64,000 nucleotides of DNA. Origin: Lama glama. Lineage: Eukaryota. The notes under the pieces are model-generated. The model searched no databases. It was not told where the DNA came from and saw only the letters and a program-made list of their open reading frames with translations. Of the stretch, positions 60,300-64,000 are shown piece by piece. Location: the NCBI GenBank assembly GCA_028534125.1, contig CM052832.1:9860001-9924000 (forward strand). Reading direction: 5' to 3'. Made by a program: the position numbers and the translations under genes. Position 1 is the stretch's first letter. Each line of letters opens with the position of its first letter.

Positions 60300-61500
60300 A
60301 GTCACTTCAAAATCTATCCAGAATCCTACTCCTGCTCATCTCTCCCTGTCGACAGTGTAGGCTGTGGCCACACTGGCTGCTCCTGGCCTCGTAGGCACTG
60401 CTCCCCTTCCCCCTGATGCTCTAGTCACTCTGGCCCCTCCTTCCTTGCCCAGATATCTCCTCTTGGGGGCCTTCCCTGAACTCCCTCTTTAATATTGCAA
60501 GCTGCCCGCCCCACCCAGCAGCCCCATCCCCTCACCCTGGCCTGCTCTGCCTCTCTTCCTAGGACTTACCACCCTCCAGTGCTTACACAGCTCTCCATGT
60601 ACTGAGGTGTAAGCACCACGAGGGTGGGCATCTGTGTCTGTTACAGTCCCTAGAATAATGCCTGGCACATCATCGGTCCTGAGTAGATACATGGGAAGCC
60701 AGCTAACCCGCGATCCTGCCGTGGACACCGAGCTGGTAAGTGGTGGAGCCGGCTCCGCAGCCCATGCTCTCAACAGCTCAGCATGCTGTCAGGATGCTGA
60801 GTTGGCACCCCTCCCCGGGGCCAGGCCACGGGCAGTGTCCAGGGCCCCTGACCAGGTGGGCCCCTGGCACAAGGCTGCTGGTCCTGTGAGAAGCTCACCC
60901 TGCCATGGAGGGTCTGACGCCCCCACCCACTTTCCTCTGTACAGGGAGTAGGGGCTTGTGCAGCTGGAACCCCTGCCATCTATCTGCAAACTGGATAAGG
61001 GAGTTCTTTCCAAATGCAAATCTGATGAGGTCACCACCTTGTTTAAAACCCTTCAAGGCTTCCTATTGTCCTCTAGATGAAGTCTAGATCCACTGTATAG
61101 TTTATAAGCCACTCCCACCGTTCCTGCCCCAGCTCCTGTCTGGTTGGAGTCTCACCTCCTGCCATTCCTCACCTTGACCTTCATAATCTAGCCACACTAG
61201 CCTGTTCTCATCTCTGTGCTAATGCCCCCTGACTAGATTCTCCCACTGGTCTTTTAAGACTTGCTCAGACACCTCTGGAGCCTTCTCAGACTCCCCGCCC
61301 CAGCTTTCTGGGCTGGTGTGGGTGTTACCCTGTGTCCACAGCATCGCCGTGTGTGGCACTGTCACTTACCATTCATCAAGGCACAGGGTGATTACCTGTT
61401 TGCCTCTCTCATTAGAGATTTACGAGGCCATGGACTGGGTACCCAGTACACAGCACAGTGCCTGGCTCACAGCAGATGCCCAGCACACTTTAAATGCATG
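60300..61500. mobile_element. LINE-2 relics (two segments, ~60300-60690 and ~61000-61500)
   Basis: CTTCAAAATCTATCCAGAATCC; CCTAGAATAATGCCTGGCACAT; CAAATGCAAATCTGATGAGGTCAC...TTTAAAACCCTTCAAGGCT; CACAGTGCCTGGCTCACAGCAGATGC. Confidence 0.65.
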
Positions 61501-62052
61501 AATACCCCCTACATAAATAAGACTTGGGCAGAATCTGCTCCATGGGGTGGGAAGGTTATGTACGTGTTATGTGCAAATGGGCACACTGAATCCTGTTTGC
61601 AGAGGACCAGGCCAGGGTCCCCCAGCATGGACTGAAATTACTTAAAAGTTCCGGGGTGAAGGTCAAGCACCTCTGGGTTATAGGCAGCCGTCACCCACAC
61701 TGAACTGACACATGGTGGGACAGGGGAGCTGGCTGCCCAGGGGAGCTGGCTGTCCAGGGTGGCCCTGCAGAGGTCCTCCATGTGGTGAGAACAATGGCTG
61801 ATGTATCTGGGTGCCCTGACCTCCCACTACACCTTGTGGCCTCCACCTCGCCCCCAATTAAGGAGCTGATGGAGCATCATTTTATTCTGCTCAGGGTTCT
61901 GCCTTTGCTAAACAGATGGCCCAGTCTTCAAGGAAAATTCCTGTTTCCAGAAATGGGGTGACTTAAGCTGAATCAGCCCAGATGGCTCCAAGGATGAGAA
62001 GGGGCTGGCCTTGAGAACTCAGTTATCCCTCACTTTACCCGACAAGTGTCAT

Positions 62053-62232
62053 CAGCAAGGTTCTCCAATTTAAGAGTCTTGCATCAGACTCCCTGGAGGG
62101 CTTGTTAAAACCCAGACTCCTGGGCCTCATCCAGAGGTTCAGATCTGGCGGATCCGCGTGGGGCTGAGATGCCACACTTCTAACCTGGTAAAGATGCTGC
62201 TGGTCCGTGCATCAGACTTTGAGGAACCCAGC
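62053..62232. mobile_element. MER5-family DNA transposon relic in the last MDFI intron
   Basis: GCATCAGACTCCCTGGAGGGCTTGTTAAAACCCAGACTCCTGGGCC...GATGCTGCTGGTCC...ACTTTGAGGAACC. Confidence 0.75.
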
Positions 62233-62274
62233 TTTGGAGGCTTCTCCCAGGGAGAGGCGGGAGGGGGTGCTCAC

Positions 62275-62499
62275 CTTCCTGCGCCTGGAGAGGGATCTGG
62301 GAGGCAGCAGATTTGGTGCTGCCCTTGCTCTTCCTGCTGCCCTGGCTGCCGAGAGATGGGTGTGTCTGCAGCTTCCGGTGGGCCTTGGGGCCACCCAGGG
62401 CACCGTTTCCCGTCCTCCTGGTTCCGCCCAGCTCCGAGGGGTGTCCAGAGCCATTCGCCACTAGTGGGGTGCAGCTCAAGGGGTTCCCCTGAGGCTGGC
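62275..62499 (-). CDS. MDFI: MDFI (MyoD family inhibitor, I-mfa) penultimate coding exon
   Basis: Minus-strand acceptor ccctctag|GC; QPQGNPLSCTPLVANGSGHPSELGGTRRTGNGALGGPKAHRKLQTHPSLGSQGSRKSKGSTKSAASQIPLQAQE + G; donor AAG|gtgagc; 225 nt. Matches the MDFI central region. Confidence 0.95.
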
Positions 62500-64000
62500 C
62501 TAGAGGGATGATGAGAAAAGGCAATGGAAGAAGTGTGTGTGTGTGGTGGGGGGCGCACAGCCTCCCAGAGTTCTGCTCTAATCCTGTTATCTTAGTTCCC
62601 AGAGCCACCACAGGTCACCTGGCTGATCTGTATTCTCCAGATGGGGAAACCGAGGCCCAGAGAGCAGAACCGACTTGCCCAGAGGAAAACCACGAAAGAG
62701 CAGATGAGTCGAGCCTGGCTCCTGACCCCCCAGCCAGGCCTCATTCCAGAAAAGACAGAGCTGCAAGGCAAGGGGAGAGGCTCAGAGGCCTGCACCCCAC
62801 CTTCTTACCCAGCGTGAACTCCACTCTCCTGCTCTTAGGGTCCTAGGATCTCGGCAAAAGTGGTGGTAGTCGGGGTGGAGGGACAGCAGGGAAGTAGTTA
62901 ACTATCACCTTGGCCCCTGCTCAGCCCCCAGCTGTTTTTGCCCTTCGTACACTGGGTGATTTATTGGAAACATCTGTTTGGGGATGAATGCCCTGGCCCT
63001 GGAATCCAGGGGCTCCTCACAGCAGCTCCCCTGTCTCCTGTTCCTTCTGCCCCTAGTCCCTGCCTCCCATCTGGCCTCTGTGGGGTGGCGGCAGAATTTG
63101 CTGAGGGGCCCTTGGGGTCTGGGTGAGGAGGGAGAGAAGAAGGGAAGAGGGAGGGCAGCAGGGAGGCCCCAAAGCTGGGAATTCTGGGTCCCCATCCCGG
63201 GCTGAGGGACCAAAATTTGGCTCTATCAGTGGGGTTCGGGGAAGCTGGACACAGAGATCCCCCCAAAACACCCAGTTCCTTCCCTCACCTCATTCAATCT
63301 GCCCACCTGGATGGCACGGTTCTGCTCTCAAGAGTTGAGGGCAGTGGTCTGTGTGTGTTGGGGGAGGAGACTGAGAGGGCATCGTGAGAGCTCGAGGACC
63401 CCTTGGTTGCTCAGGGCCCCTGACTCCTGGGTGGGACCCTCTGGCCCTGAGGACCTTCGGTAAACATGTAAACATGGGGCATGTCCACCTCTCAGGCACC
63501 GGGGTCTGGATCCCCAGCTCTCTCCAGGCCAGGCCTCTGGGTTTAGACTGTGGCAGGAGGGGATGTTTGGGGGGCCCTGGAGGCTGAAGAGAGTGGAAGG
63601 GGACTTCGGTGCTTCCTTTGACCAAGGGGCCTGGGCCTTCTAGTAATGGCGGTAGCACAGCACTGGGCACTCGCTGCACGCTGGCCACGGTTCTGAACAC
63701 TTGACAAGGGAATTATTCTCAGCATCTCCTAGGGCAGTATCCTCCTTTTACAGATGAGGGAATTGAGTTCCAGAGAAGTACAGTAACTTGTCCAAGGTCA
63801 CACAGCTAAGGACCAGAGGTGGGATTAGCCTGGAGGCTAAGAGCTGGGGCTCTGAGGGCAGAGAGGCAAGGAGGCTGGCAGAGATTGGGAGACCAGGGAC
63901 TGAGGAATAAGCGGCTACTATCACAACCATCACTACACTTATAACTAGTAGCTGACATGTTTTGAGCTGTAACGAGGTGCCAGACACAGTGCTGAGAACT

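Noticed and set aside
1..64000. CRISPR arrays, operons, rRNA, prokaryotic defence or mobile systems
   Set aside because: The sequence is mammalian, with spliceosomal introns and mammalian repeats; no regularly spaced repeat-spacer array or such genes were seen.

Overview
Mammalian genomic DNA, most likely from a camelid. The evidence is a ~100-bp tRNA-derived Vic-1-like SINE and cetartiodactyl-type L1 3' ends. The window holds all eight coding exons of TFEB on the + strand (ATG 29879, TGA 35684, spliced CDS 1440 nt = 479 aa). About 30 kb of what is probably TFEB intron 1 precedes them, and the main promoter and first exon appear to lie upstream of the window. The last two coding exons and 3' UTR of MDFI (I-mfa) lie on the - strand, convergent with TFEB across a ~23-kb intergenic spacer. 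The rest is old interspersed repeats (MIR, L2, L1, MLT1/LTR16, MER5/MER20), microsatellites and two N-gaps. Nearly all other entries in the ORF track are spurious. I found no convincing novel gene system. The most interesting unexplained structure is regulatory: a cluster of forward CTCF motifs just past the TFEB 3' end, several TAAT-rich (homeodomain-site) islands in the spacer beyond it, and NRF1/CLEAR and NF-kB/ARE motif modules inside TFEB intron 1. There are also splice-level oddities (an in-frame stop-free 90-nt intron, a cryptic donor in exon 5) and a probable young retroposon hidden in the 100-N gap. Repeat family names and boundaries were recognised by eye and are approximate. Comparisons to human proteins are from memory.
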